A stretch of DNA of 64,000 nucleotides from Promethearchaeota archaeon (GCA_048938855.1 JBHLLT010000001.1:320124-384123), one strand, 5' to 3'. Shown: positions 9,273-19,691, numbered from the stretch's first letter. The notes: generated by a model from the letters alone, not told the origin. Numbers and translations are program-made.

Positions 9273-10133
9273 TCAAATACTTTTATCGTTTTCTTGAGTG
9301 TCTTGCTCGTTTTCTTTGGTGTCTTGTTCGTTTTCTTTGGTGTCTTGTTCGTTCTCTTTAATTTGTTTTGATATTTGAAATGCCTTTATTAAAGATTTCA
9401 TAGAACCCGGTTTATTGAATTTGTCTTCATAGATGACTGGAATATCAATTTTAAAAACAGGAGATTTATCATCTTCATGTACAAATAATTCAATACCTTG
9501 AATCATTCTCTCTTTAATAATTAATCGTGTAGAATAATTATGATCTTGAAAAAAAGTAAAACCATTATTCAATCTTCCCAGTTTTATCGTTTTAAAGCTT
9601 GTGTTTTCTTCTTTTAAAAAAGAATCAGTAATTTCTTCATCAGTAAATATAGACCCACCTATTATCATGAATCTTCTTAATAGATTATCGGGATTCGGTA
9701 ATTCATTGACATATTCAATAGCTTTATTAATTTTCGGATTTGTAATCGAAACATCTGCCATAATATTATTAGGAGTAGGGTCTGGGAAATCTTGTTTTAC
9801 GATTGGATTAGCTCTTCCACCACCAATGGGTTTGCTAAGTAGCTCTTGAAATTCTTTATCTTCACGTGAATATAAATTTAAAGGATATACTTTATAAAAT
9901 AGTCGTAATTGCTTCCTTAACATTCCCGCTAGAATACCACCATATATTTGAAGTTTAAGAGGACTCTGAGAACCACTATATATCCAAATTCTCTTAGTAT
10001 CATGATCTACTAGTAAATATACTTTATCATTATTCTCTTCATTCAGAATATCACTTACATTCTGTCCTTCTACTATTTCTTGAGTTTCCATGTAAGGGAA
10101 TTCTGCTAATTCAAGTACTTCAAATATTTGCAT
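9273..10133 (-). CDS. Asgard-type protein with a divergent N-terminal gelsolin-like domain and an unknown C-terminal domain
   Basis: DILN..KVYLLVDHDTKRIWIYSGSQS resembles the gelsolin core (F/Y-I-L-D...I-Y/W-x-W-x-G-xxS), with Y in place of W. Confidence 0.55.
   Translation of the reverse strand: MQIFEVLELAEFPYMETQEIVEGQNVSDILNEENNDKVYLLVDHDTKRIWIYSGSQSPLKLQIYGGILAGMLRKQLRLFYKVYPLNLYSREDKEFQELLSKPIGGGRANPIVKQDFPDPTPNNIMADVSITNPKINKAIEYVNELPNPDNLLRRFMIIGGSIFTDEEITDSFLKEENTSFKTIKLGRLNNGFTFFQDHNYSTRLIIKERMIQGIELFVHEDDKSPVFKIDIPVIYEDKFNKPGSMKSLIKAFQISKQIKENEQDTKENEQDTKENEQDTQENDKSI
9298..9360. repeat. 21-bp tandem repeat x3, plus a degenerate copy, encoding (KENEQDT)n
   Basis: gtgtcttg(c/t)tcgtt(t/c)tcttt(g/a) units at 9298, 9319 and 9340. 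Confidence 0.9.
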
Positions 10134-10269
10134 ATATGAATATCCATTAATTTCTTCTATATTTTTTATAGGTAATTCGAGAAAATAAATTTCATTATCC
10201 TTAATCAGTAAAAAAATAAAAAAAATTTAGAATTTTATAGTCAATTTCATTAAAATATTAAATTAATGT

Positions 10270-12033
10270 TTATTCCCGATAGGTTGGATACCAGTATAAG
10301 AATCTCATACAATTATATGGAAATCCTTTTAAAGAGGTAGCATGAATAAAATAGAGTTTATCATATTGTAATGGTATGTGGTAGTATTGCACATCAATAA
10401 CATATCCTTGAAGTCTCTTATATAGAATATTTCTAGCTGCTATATTTGTTTCAGTAATACATTGTTCTAAAAGATATTGTATGTATGGATCGTTAATTCT
10501 GGCATAGTTTGAAGCAGATTCATTATTTACTAACGGCTCAATCATATTAAAAGCTTCAAAATACTTAGAACCCCATCCAAGATAATAGATGTGAAGTCGA
10601 TCAGGATGATCTTTACCCATTTGGATAAATTGATCCCAAGTCAATATTTGTGCGTGAATATCGATTCCAATAAGATCCATATCCTCCGTGAACCGTTGGA
10701 TAAGAAGCTCCATGAAATGACTAGCTACATTATGGCGGAAATTCCATTGACTATTTGAAAAGTTTCCTGCACCAGCAGTTGGTACAAATTGGGCATCTTT
10801 CCAATCTTGTTCATTAGCTCCTGGAGTGAATATATCTCCAACTTGAGAGCCAACCTGCCAACCAACTCCAAAACCCATAGATTGCATAATTGTTCTGGCT
10901 TTTGGGATATCATACTTGGCTCCGTGGGTTGATGAGTTATGCGCAGGAAACCCAGGTGGCACTAATGAATTAGCTCTCACAGTCCTATGTTCCTCGATTT
11001 CTTGATTGAGGTATGTATAATTAAACGCGTGTGAAATTACCATCCTCCAAGTTCGGTTTATAATTTCAGAGTTAAATGTAATGTACCAATAGATTGAACC
11101 ATTAATATAATCATGAACCCCATCTCCAGTGAACGTGATATTGGAATTTGGCTCCACACAACTTTTTAGCCCATTAGGCCATTGACCTAACCAGTCAATA
11201 TCTAAATTAGACATAGCTTCACATAGAGCAACAGCATGTGGATAAAACATATAAACAATCTCATCCCAATAAGCACCAGTTCTCCAATATCTTTCCCACC
11301 GGGCAAATCGAACCTCAGAATTAGGAATATATCTTATTAATTTGAATGGTCCTGTACCAATAACGAGATCTTCATCAACATCTAACATTTTATTTGTAGG
11401 AGTAGAATCAGGATGGACAATTGCGCTTGCAGTATAACCAAGTAATCCTTCAACTGGGGCATAAGGGCGATTTAATTTAAGACTTACAATATAATCACCA
11501 GTAGCAAAACTTAAAGTATCATTAAATATGGGAATCCCATCACTAAATTTATATAGAGCGTGAGGGGCAGCCATGGTATATACATCAGGATCTAAGGTTC
11601 CTGTCCAATTACCAAAAAAGTTAATACGAGTAATTGTATGTAGAATACAATCTGCTGTAAAGCGTGAGCCGTCATGGAAGAATACGTTTTCTCGCAGTTT
11701 GAATTCAATGGTTGTATTATCAGGCCAATACCATGATTCAGCAAGTCGTCCAACAAGCGGAAGGTCTGGATCAGTTAAATCATACGCAATGAGGGTTTCA
11801 ACCACTTGATCGAGCATGTCTTTTGAAACGCTGTCCCAACAATCTACAGGATCCATAGTAACTGGATTAGAACTCCTTGCTACTCTCAAAATTTCTCCAG
11901 ATTCACCAGATTCAGCAGATTTACCAATAACCAGAAAAGTGAAAAGAACGTTGCCAAGACCAGAAGCTGCTAATACGACTGATAAAACAATTATTACTAA
12001 TTTTTTTTTCTCCATTTCCATTTTTATACACAT
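10270..12033 (-). CDS. ABC transporter substrate-binding protein, family 5 (OppA/DppA-like)
   Basis: N-terminal TM anchor; TMDPVD, VVETLIAYD, LAESW, FKLRENVFFHDGSRFTA, IGTGPFKL motifs. Confidence 0.9.
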   Translation of the reverse strand: MCIKMEMEKKKLVIIVLSVVLAASGLGNVLFTFLVIGKSAESGESGEILRVARSSNPVTMDPVDCWDSVSKDMLDQVVETLIAYDLTDPDLPLVGRLAESWYWPDNTTIEFKLRENVFFHDGSRFTADCILHTITRINFFGNWTGTLDPDVYTMAAPHALYKFSDGIPIFNDTLSFATGDYIVSLKLNRPYAPVEGLLGYTASAIVHPDSTPTNKMLDVDEDLVIGTGPFKLIRYIPNSEVRFARWERYWRTGAYWDEIVYMFYPHAVALCEAMSNLDIDWLGQWPNGLKSCVEPNSNITFTGDGVHDYINGSIYWYITFNSEIINRTWRMVISHAFNYTYLNQEIEEHRTVRANSLVPPGFPAHNSSTHGAKYDIPKARTIMQSMGFGVGWQVGSQVGDIFTPGANEQDWKDAQFVPTAGAGNFSNSQWNFRHNVASHFMELLIQRFTEDMDLIGIDIHAQILTWDQFIQMGKDHPDRLHIYYLGWGSKYFEAFNMIEPLVNNESASNYARINDPYIQYLLEQCITETNIAARNILYKRLQGYVIDVQYYHIPLQYDKLYFIHATSLKGFPYNCMRFLYWYPTYRE

Positions 12034-12075
12034 TTCTCAAATTTATTTTGTTATATTAAAATAATATATCCAATG

Positions 12076-13812
12076 TTATTCCCGGTATGTGGGATACCAA
12101 TATAAAAGTCTCATACAGTTATATGGGAATCCTTTTAAGCTGGAAGCGTGAACAGTGTAGATTTTATCATATTCTAGAGGCATATGGTATGCATATTTAT
12201 CAATAATTAAATATTGAAGTTTCTTATAGTATTTATTTCTCATTTGAGTGTCAGTTTCAGCCATAGTAAGATCTAAAAGCGCATTGATTTCTGGATTGTC
12301 TATTTCCGCTAGGTTGGAGGAAGATTCCGGGTTGACTAGTGGTTCTATCATACTAAATGTTTCAAAGTAATCTGGTCCCCATCCTACGAAAAATATATCA
12401 TATGGAGTTTCCCACCATGGATCCCACCAATCCCAACTGCTGCCACCATAGATTGTAATTCCTATGCGATCCATATCCTCAGTGAATCGTTGGATAAGAA
12501 GTTCCAAAAAATGACTAGCAACATTGCGTCGGAAATAAAAACCATCATTTGAAAAATTCCCCTGTTTTGGTACGAATTGTGCAATTGTCCACTGAAATTC
12601 ATCAGTTCCAGGAATGAATTGGTCTCCATTCATACTGCCTACATCCCATCCTACTCCATAACCCATACTTTGCATATATTGCCTTGCTTTTGGGACATCA
12701 TAGTTAGCACCTTTTACTGATGCGTTGTGTGCAGGAAATCCCGGTGGAACTAATGAGTTTGCTCTTACCATATTATCTTCTGTAATTTCATGGATTAAGT
12801 ATGAATAGTTAAAAGCATATGAAATGGCTTTTCTCCAAGTCCAATTTATATATGAAGATTTAAATGCAATATACCAATAGATTGACGCATTGATATAATC
12901 ATGAACCCCATCACCAGTTACGGTAATACCTGGATGCGCTTCAAAATCAGGCTTGAGGGAAGAGATGCCATGCCCCAAAAAATCAACCTTTCCTGCTAAC
13001 AATGCGTTGTTCGCAGTAACAGCGTCTCTATAATATACGTAGACAATTTGATCCCAAAAAGCTCCAGTTCTCCAATATCTCTCCCATCGAGCAAATCGAA
13101 TCTCTGAGGTAGGAATATATCTAATTAATTTGAAAGGGCCAGTCCCAATAACGAGATCTTTACTGATATCCAACATTTTATCTGCAGGAGTAGAATCAGG
13201 ATGAACTATTGAACTTGCCGTATAAGCAAGTAATCCTTCAACTGGTCCATAGGGCCGATTTAATTTCAGAGTTACATTATAATCATCAGTAGCATAACTT
13301 AAAGTATCATTAAAGATAGGAATTCCATCTCTAAATTTATAAAGTGAATGCGGAAAAGCCATATATACAGTATCAGGCAATGTACCAGACCAATTACCAA
13401 AATAATTAATTCTTGTAATTGTATACAAAACACAATCTGCGGTAAACCGTGAACCATCATGAAAAAACACATTTTCTCGTAGTTTGAATTCAATAGTTGT
13501 ATCATCAGGCCAATACCATGATTCTGCAAGGCGTCCTACAAGTGGAAGGTCTGGATCAGTTAAATCATACGCAATGAGAGTCTCAAGCACTTGATCAAGC
13601 ATATCATTTGATATACTATCCCATGTATCTACAGGGTCCATAGTAACTGGATTAGATGTCCTTGCTACTCTGAGAATTGCTCCAGTTTCAGTATTACGAT
13701 TAAAAATTGAAGAAAGTATCACCGCACTAAAACTGCTAAAAACGACAATATTAGCTATCAATGCAATAAAAATTGCCCAATTCAGAATTTTATTTTTGGA
13801 ATTGTCTCTCAC
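12076..13812 (-). CDS. ABC transporter substrate-binding protein, family 5 (tandem paralog)
   Basis: Same SBP_bac_5 motifs as the neighbour, with long identical stretches and the same YWYPTYRE C-terminus. Confidence 0.9.
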   Translation of the reverse strand: MRDNSKNKILNWAIFIALIANIVVFSSFSAVILSSIFNRNTETGAILRVARTSNPVTMDPVDTWDSISNDMLDQVLETLIAYDLTDPDLPLVGRLAESWYWPDDTTIEFKLRENVFFHDGSRFTADCVLYTITRINYFGNWSGTLPDTVYMAFPHSLYKFRDGIPIFNDTLSYATDDYNVTLKLNRPYGPVEGLLAYTASSIVHPDSTPADKMLDISKDLVIGTGPFKLIRYIPTSEIRFARWERYWRTGAFWDQIVYVYYRDAVTANNALLAGKVDFLGHGISSLKPDFEAHPGITVTGDGVHDYINASIYWYIAFKSSYINWTWRKAISYAFNYSYLIHEITEDNMVRANSLVPPGFPAHNASVKGANYDVPKARQYMQSMGYGVGWDVGSMNGDQFIPGTDEFQWTIAQFVPKQGNFSNDGFYFRRNVASHFLELLIQRFTEDMDRIGITIYGGSSWDWWDPWWETPYDIFFVGWGPDYFETFSMIEPLVNPESSSNLAEIDNPEINALLDLTMAETDTQMRNKYYKKLQYLIIDKYAYHMPLEYDKIYTVHASSLKGFPYNCMRLLYWYPTYRE

Positions 13813-14072
13813 AATAAGTCCTAAATGATTATTAAATAGCCAGTTAAGGTATTAAATACTGTTTGGTTTTCTCTTTATTATTGAATATTTTCTTCATAGA
13901 ACTTTTTAAATATTTGCTTATTATTTTTTATTTTTTAAAATATCCCCACTTTCATTCTATATTTATGAACTACTATTGAAACATTCTTGCTTTATCACTA
14001 TCCATAAAATTTTTATGAAAATAAACATTTTAGATGTTAATCTTGCTTTTTTAAGATTGATATTGATGCATC

Positions 14073-14471
14073 GTGAGTTCTGAAAAAATAGTCTATAAAT
14101 TGAACATTAGTGGTGGAAGTGAGGGTCCCGGTAAAGGATTATCTAAATTAATCGAGATTGATGAAAAGAAATTTCGATTTGATGGGATGAAAATCGGAGA
14201 AACTATCAAGGGAGGAGTTATCGGTTTTCCCAATTATGAATTTGAAATTACAGGAGGGAGCGATTCGAGCGGATTTCCCATGAGGAAAAGCGTTCATGGT
14301 CCTGTTAAAAAGAAGATCCTTGTATCGAAAAGAGGAATTGGGTACAAACCTCAAAGAAAGGGCCAAAAGAGGAGAAAAACAGTTCGAGGCAATGAAGTCA
14401 CTCACAATATGACTTTAATTAACCTAAAAGTTGTAAAATACGGAGAAGCCGAACTCTTTAAGAAAGAATAG
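14073..14471 (+). CDS. rps6e: 30S ribosomal protein S6e
   Basis: GMKIGE, YEFEITGGSDSSGFPMR, GQKRRKTVRGN, INLKV. Confidence 0.95.
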   Translation: MSSEKIVYKLNISGGSEGPGKGLSKLIEIDEKKFRFDGMKIGETIKGGVIGFPNYEFEITGGSDSSGFPMRKSVHGPVKKKILVSKRGIGYKPQRKGQKRRKTVRGNEVTHNMTLINLKVVKYGEAELFKKE

Positions 14472-14498
14472 AGTAAATATTACTAAAGATGAAAAATC

Positions 14499-14681
14499 AT
14501 GGTTAAAGTTAAAAAATGTAGTTTTTGTGGTTATGACATCCCAATTGGTAGGGGGTTAATGTATGTAAGAAGAGATGGCACAGTTCTGAATTTTTGTGCT
14601 AACAAATGTCGTAAAGCCATGCTAGACTATAAAAAAAAGGCAAGAAAAACAAGATGGACATCCTATTACGGGAAACAATAG
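14499..14681 (+). CDS. rpl24e: 50S ribosomal protein L24e
   Basis: CSFCGYDIPIGRGLMYVRRDG..FCANKC..RKTRWT. Confidence 0.95.
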   Translation: MVKVKKCSFCGYDIPIGRGLMYVRRDGTVLNFCANKCRKAMLDYKKKARKTRWTSYYGKQ

Positions 14682-14718
14682 TTGAATTCTATTTTTTTTA
14701 AAAGATATTGTCAAAAAC

Positions 14719-14919
14719 CTATTGAAGTCTAGGAAACTTCAAAAGTTCATCTATCAAATCTACATGCCCAACAATCATTCTTTTACAACAGAAGCGTTCA
14801 ATACCAAGCTCTTTGAAAGCTTTTTCTGAAGATTCACCTTTTTCTAACATTTCTAAATAAGGTTTGTACACATGAGCGATGAGCTTACCACAAGAAAAAC
14901 AACGAATAGGTATAATCAT
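14719..14919 (-). CDS. rpoN: RNA polymerase subunit Rpo10 (N)
   Basis: MIIPIRCFSCGK..LGIERFCCKRMI. Confidence 0.96.
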   Translation of the reverse strand: MIIPIRCFSCGKLIAHVYKPYLEMLEKGESSEKAFKELGIERFCCKRMIVGHVDLIDELLKFPRLQ

Positions 14920-14981
14920 AATTTTATAAAAGAAGCATTTTAAAAAAATTTTTAGTTTTTTTATATGACTCTGTATTTCTT

Positions 14982-17282
14982 TTAACGAGCATCCAAATTA
15001 ATATTCGCAGAACAATTCTTACATTGAATAGATTCTCCACCTAAGAATTTCTCAACTAAATCACTTGATATTAAAGTATAACAATATGGACAAAACTTCG
15101 ACATTACGGTAACCCTCATATCATAAAATTTTTCATCAGGTTTAATTACTTTTTCAAGAATTAATTGTTTCCTAACACGGTCGCCCACTTCAGCGAGAAA
15201 AGCGGTGATTTGTTCATCCTCATCACCAGAGACTTCTAATTCTAGCACTTTATTTTCACCATCTAACATTACGTAGGGAATTATTCTTTGCTTTTTCACT
15301 TTAGTTATCCCATAAAACCAGGCTTCACCAAATTTGTTTTCTTCATCAAATTCTTTATATACCAATTTAATATCAAATTTACCTAGTACTGACACAATCG
15401 ATGAAAAAATTGTATTTGCTTTTTCAGGATCTGCTATAGGGAAAACTTTTTTATCCCGATTTGCAAGAGAGCGAACGAGACTTTTAACTCGGGCTAAATT
15501 GGCTTCATCTTCAGTAAAAAATATTGGACATGATATTCCGATCATCTTAGGTCTCATTGGTATAGCATGAGGTTTTTCTTTTGCGTCAAAAAAACTTACC
15601 GTAACATTTACAGAACTCTCCATACAATTAACAGGTTCAAGATAGAGTGAGACTGCTTGCTTTTCATGAGGTCCTAATTTATCAAGTAGAAGACCATCTC
15701 CTTTTCTTTCATAATTAGGCTCATGCATTATCCATTTTAATGCTATAGGGAGATCAAAAGCAAGTCTTAAATTAGTAAAGGTGAAACTGGTATTATTTAT
15801 TACTCCTACCTTAAACCTCACTTGACCGCCAATAAACTCATATTCTCTGATAATGGATAAAATGCTATCTTGATCTCCATCTTTAAGAATAGTAGGTATT
15901 TTTCTTAGTCCAATATCGTCATCCCTCTTCTCTTGAATTGAGGAACGCAGAAATTGAGCATTCTTTATTTTTGTTTCTAATTTATTAAGGATATTTTTAA
16001 ATTCATCAGATTGTTCACTATTTTCCTTTATTTCAGAATATGATGCTATTATATCATTTACCAACTCAATTGCTTTAGTTGCATCCTCCCTTTGTATCTT
16101 CTTTATTTGTTTTAATTTTTTATCAATTTCTAAAATTTTGACTTCAGTTTCATGAAATTTTAATTGGTCTTTTATTTCTGAAATTCTTTGTTCCACATCT
16201 TCCACAGAATCATTAAAATTTTCTGATTTACTTAGAACTAAGCAAGCTTCATAATCATTTACAGCTAAAGTCCATACTTTTTGAGCTTGAAATAGTTTTT
16301 CTTTATTATAATAACTCAATGCCTTAAAATCAAGGATGTTTCCTCTTTTTTCATAAGCTCCAATCAAAGAGATATTGATTTCTTTTACTAAGTCATTGTT
16401 TTGCTCATTTCCAAGATTTTTAAAATATTCAACACCTTCGATCAAGAATTTTATTATTCTGTCAAGTGATTGTTTATTATATTGCAAATTCTTTTTAGAG
16501 ATCACTCTTTTCGCATAATTTAAAACATAATTCAATCGATTTTGATAAAACATTTCTTTCTCTTTTGTGGTAAGAATATATTTCTCTTTTTTTGTTGATA
16601 AAATAAAATTAAATAAAAATAGTAAATCAGCAGCAATTATCGAGAAAATAATAATAATGAATGGAGTTAGAGTAAGGTAAAACTGATGGATTCTGGTTGG
16701 ATTATTACTATCAGCTATACTTAAATATAATCCAAATACAAGTTGTATAATTATCAACATGCTTGATTCATACTTATCCATTAAGTATACAAATTTAACA
16801 TTGGGTAATCTATGAAATCGAGTATAAAATTTGGATTTTAAAGCTTCTGAAAATGTGAAAAGAGTAACTAAAATAGAAAAAACTATCCCTAAACTAATCC
16901 AAATTAGTATAAAAATATGCAGCATGAACCATATATTTCTGTATGAAGAAAATCCGGCAATCCAAGCATAGAATATTAAATTAAACCAAAATAAAGAGAA
17001 TAAGCTTATCGCCTTAACAATTCCTCTAAATTGGGTAGTTTTATTATTTAAAATATAAAAAATAATAATTGTCCAAAAAAAACATCCAAGAGATAAGAGA
17101 AAGAAACTATTAATATTTAAAAGATAATCATCAGACAAATATAACCAATTAAAAGCAAAATAGAAAAAATTAATATTCACTTCATCGAGATAAATTAATA
17201 TTTGAAAACCCCAGTAAAGGGTTCCAGCTAGAAGAATTAAAAAAAATATTAGAAATAAAAAATATCGTACTTTTTTTCGCAT
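14982..17282 (-). CDS. Polytopic membrane protein with TPR/helical stalk, Ig-like + platform (adaptin appendage-like) domain and C-terminal Zn ribbon
   Basis: About 6 hydrophobic segments in aa 1-230, then a helical middle. Beta-rich REYEFIGGQVRFKVGVINNT..LYLEP domain, an alpha/beta subdomain, and CPYC..CKNC. Confidence 0.65.
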   Translation of the reverse strand: MRKKVRYFLFLIFFLILLAGTLYWGFQILIYLDEVNINFFYFAFNWLYLSDDYLLNINSFFLLSLGCFFWTIIIFYILNNKTTQFRGIVKAISLFSLFWFNLIFYAWIAGFSSYRNIWFMLHIFILIWISLGIVFSILVTLFTFSEALKSKFYTRFHRLPNVKFVYLMDKYESSMLIIIQLVFGLYLSIADSNNPTRIHQFYLTLTPFIIIIFSIIAADLLFLFNFILSTKKEKYILTTKEKEMFYQNRLNYVLNYAKRVISKKNLQYNKQSLDRIIKFLIEGVEYFKNLGNEQNNDLVKEINISLIGAYEKRGNILDFKALSYYNKEKLFQAQKVWTLAVNDYEACLVLSKSENFNDSVEDVEQRISEIKDQLKFHETEVKILEIDKKLKQIKKIQREDATKAIELVNDIIASYSEIKENSEQSDEFKNILNKLETKIKNAQFLRSSIQEKRDDDIGLRKIPTILKDGDQDSILSIIREYEFIGGQVRFKVGVINNTSFTFTNLRLAFDLPIALKWIMHEPNYERKGDGLLLDKLGPHEKQAVSLYLEPVNCMESSVNVTVSFFDAKEKPHAIPMRPKMIGISCPIFFTEDEANLARVKSLVRSLANRDKKVFPIADPEKANTIFSSIVSVLGKFDIKLVYKEFDEENKFGEAWFYGITKVKKQRIIPYVMLDGENKVLELEVSGDEDEQITAFLAEVGDRVRKQLILEKVIKPDEKFYDMRVTVMSKFCPYCYTLISSDLVEKFLGGESIQCKNCSANINLDAR

Positions 17283-17327
17283 TTAATCCCTCAATTTTGA
17301 TTTTAAATCCTGTATTATTTATCTATT

Positions 17328-19691
17328 CTAATCAATTTTAATGTTTACACAACAATTTTCACAAACAATGGCTTCTCCATTACTAAATTTCTCAATAGCT
17401 TCAGATGGTATGAGTGTAAAACAATATGGACACAAACATGATAAAATCGCAATTCTCATATCATAGAATCCTTCTTCAGAAGTAATTATGTTATTTTCAA
17501 TTAATTTTTGTCTTACACGATCTCCTATCTCAGCTAGAAATGCTGTTATTTGTTCTTCATTATTACCAGAAACTTCAAATTCTAAGGTCTTTCTATCTCC
17601 ATCTAATAGAACATTCATTACAAGTCTTTCTTTCTTAACTTTTGTAATCCCAAAAAACCATGCTTCTCCAAAATTATTATCTTCAAAGAACTCATTAGAG
17701 ATTAATTTTATATCAAATTGTTCTAAGACTGCGAGAATCGAAGAAAAAATTGAGCTTGCCTTATCAGAATCGATAATCGGAAACACTTTTTTATCTCGGT
17801 GTGTAAGATTACGTCTTAAACTTTTAACTCTGGCTAAATTAGCATCAGATTCTGTGAAAAATATTGGACATGAAATTCCAATCATTTTCGGTTTCATGGG
17901 TATTGCATGCGGTTTATCTTTCACATCAAAAAAACCTACCGTGGCATTTACATGGCTCTCCATACAATTAAGTGGTTCAAAATAAAGAGATATTGCTCGT
18001 TTTTCTCTCGCTCCCAATTTTGGGATAAGAATACTATCTCCCTTTCGATTGTAATTTGGTTCATGTGTTATCCATTTTAAAGATTTAGGTAAATCAAAAG
18101 TTATCCGTAAATTAGTTAATGGATAATTTGTATTATTTATCAAGCCCATTTTGAATCTTACTTGTCCTCCAATAAATTCATATTCTCTAACAATCGAAAG
18201 TATCTGTTTTACAATCTCATCCTTAATTACCGAAGCAATTTCAAACTCGCTTAACTCATCCACATCAAATTTCACTCGTTTTTCCAATGGCTTTATCCCC
18301 ATTGATTTATCTAAACTCTCCTGAAGTTTTTCTTGAAACAGTCTGACGTTCAGAAGACGATTTTGTATTTTTTCTGCGTAATCTTCATATATTTTGAAGT
18401 TTTGAGCTTTCTTTTTTGCATCCGAATAAGTTAGTATAATATTATCTGTTAATTTAATTGTTTTAACTAATTCCTGATCTTGTATTTCATGAGCAGTTTT
18501 TAGTGCATCATCTGCCTTTTTAATCATCATTTCAATTTCTAACCGTTTAAGATTCTTAGTTATGTCTTCAATTTTCAATATAATTTCTATACGAGATGCT
18601 TTAGATTTACCATACATCTTCAATCGAAGTATGGAATTAAGATCCTCAATAGCTGCGCTCCACTCTTGTTTAGCAGTATTCAAATCTAATTCCATGTAGG
18701 CTTTTTGAGCATTTTGAAAATGCACTATAACAGCACCATTATAAGCATCATTTAAATTTTCTTTTAATATTCTAAGATTTACATTTATTAATTTCTTCTG
18801 GATAACCATCTTAGAAAAACGTGAATAAATTTGAATTGCTTCTTTCCAGCTTTCTATTGCTAGTTCATATGATTCTTCTTCATAATACCTACTTCCCTCA
18901 TCTATTAGTCTCTTAAAATTTTGTAAAAGTTTATCAAAATTGCTTGTATAGGGCAGATCTTTTTTGAGTTTGATGTGAGTGGGATAACTTTCCTTTTTTG
19001 AATACAGATAATTAATATCATAAAGAAAGTTAATCACTATTAGTGTTAAAAATAAATAAATAGAAGTAAGATAGTTAATTCCTGAAGTACTTAATGCTGA
19101 GGACACTATAAAAAATATCCCCAAGATTAAGATTAGCAAAACAAAAATTCTGAGTTGCATTTTTTCTAAAAAATCAGCAATATTAATTATATACGGTTTC
19201 GGTTCTGATGGAATTTTATCTATTTCCATGGAATCTCTATACAGACGATTTTTTATTATTGGTTTATAAATACGATATGATATAGAGTTTATCACCATAA
19301 TTCCCGCTAATAAGAGTCCTGAACCAACCCAAAAGCGTAATAGAATTTGAAGTATAAGCCAAGAATTTAAGAAAGATTCTAAACCAATACTACTTAAAAA
19401 TACACATATACCAAACCAGAATGGAAAAAACATAACTATTGATTTAATTCCCCTTCTGAACCTTTCTTTATTAAATGTCCCAAAATAATAAACAATAATC
19501 GACCATGAAAAGCAACCTATAAAATAAGAATGAAATACATTAAAATATACCTCACCATCCTCATAGAGTCCTCCCCATCCGAATATCCATTTAAAAAACA
19601 TTTCAAATTGATAATTGTAAACTGTAGGACTGAGTAATGTAAAACCCCCAAAAATCAAAATTGGTAAAAAATATTTGGATTTTTTATTCAT
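17328..19691 (-). CDS. Paralog of 14982..17282 (TM domain, TPR-like helices, appendage-like domain, Zn ribbon)
   Basis: Same architecture. TPR-like LIDEGSRYYEEESYELAIESWKEAIQIY; C-terminal ~290 aa highly similar to the neighbour; CPYC..CENC. Confidence 0.65.
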   Translation of the reverse strand: MNKKSKYFLPILIFGGFTLLSPTVYNYQFEMFFKWIFGWGGLYEDGEVYFNVFHSYFIGCFSWSIIVYYFGTFNKERFRRGIKSIVMFFPFWFGICVFLSSIGLESFLNSWLILQILLRFWVGSGLLLAGIMVINSISYRIYKPIIKNRLYRDSMEIDKIPSEPKPYIINIADFLEKMQLRIFVLLILILGIFFIVSSALSTSGINYLTSIYLFLTLIVINFLYDINYLYSKKESYPTHIKLKKDLPYTSNFDKLLQNFKRLIDEGSRYYEEESYELAIESWKEAIQIYSRFSKMVIQKKLINVNLRILKENLNDAYNGAVIVHFQNAQKAYMELDLNTAKQEWSAAIEDLNSILRLKMYGKSKASRIEIILKIEDITKNLKRLEIEMMIKKADDALKTAHEIQDQELVKTIKLTDNIILTYSDAKKKAQNFKIYEDYAEKIQNRLLNVRLFQEKLQESLDKSMGIKPLEKRVKFDVDELSEFEIASVIKDEIVKQILSIVREYEFIGGQVRFKMGLINNTNYPLTNLRITFDLPKSLKWITHEPNYNRKGDSILIPKLGAREKRAISLYFEPLNCMESHVNATVGFFDVKDKPHAIPMKPKMIGISCPIFFTESDANLARVKSLRRNLTHRDKKVFPIIDSDKASSIFSSILAVLEQFDIKLISNEFFEDNNFGEAWFFGITKVKKERLVMNVLLDGDRKTLEFEVSGNNEEQITAFLAEIGDRVRQKLIENNIITSEEGFYDMRIAILSCLCPYCFTLIPSEAIEKFSNGEAIVCENCCVNIKID

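Noticed and set aside
9286-9360. Possible CRISPR array
   Set aside because: Contiguous in-frame repeats with no spacers and no cas genes.
17488-17985. 165-aa plus-strand ORF, and the similar one at 15334..15570
   Set aside because: Antisense shadows of the conserved domain of the real minus-strand paralogs; their mutual similarity is explained by that.
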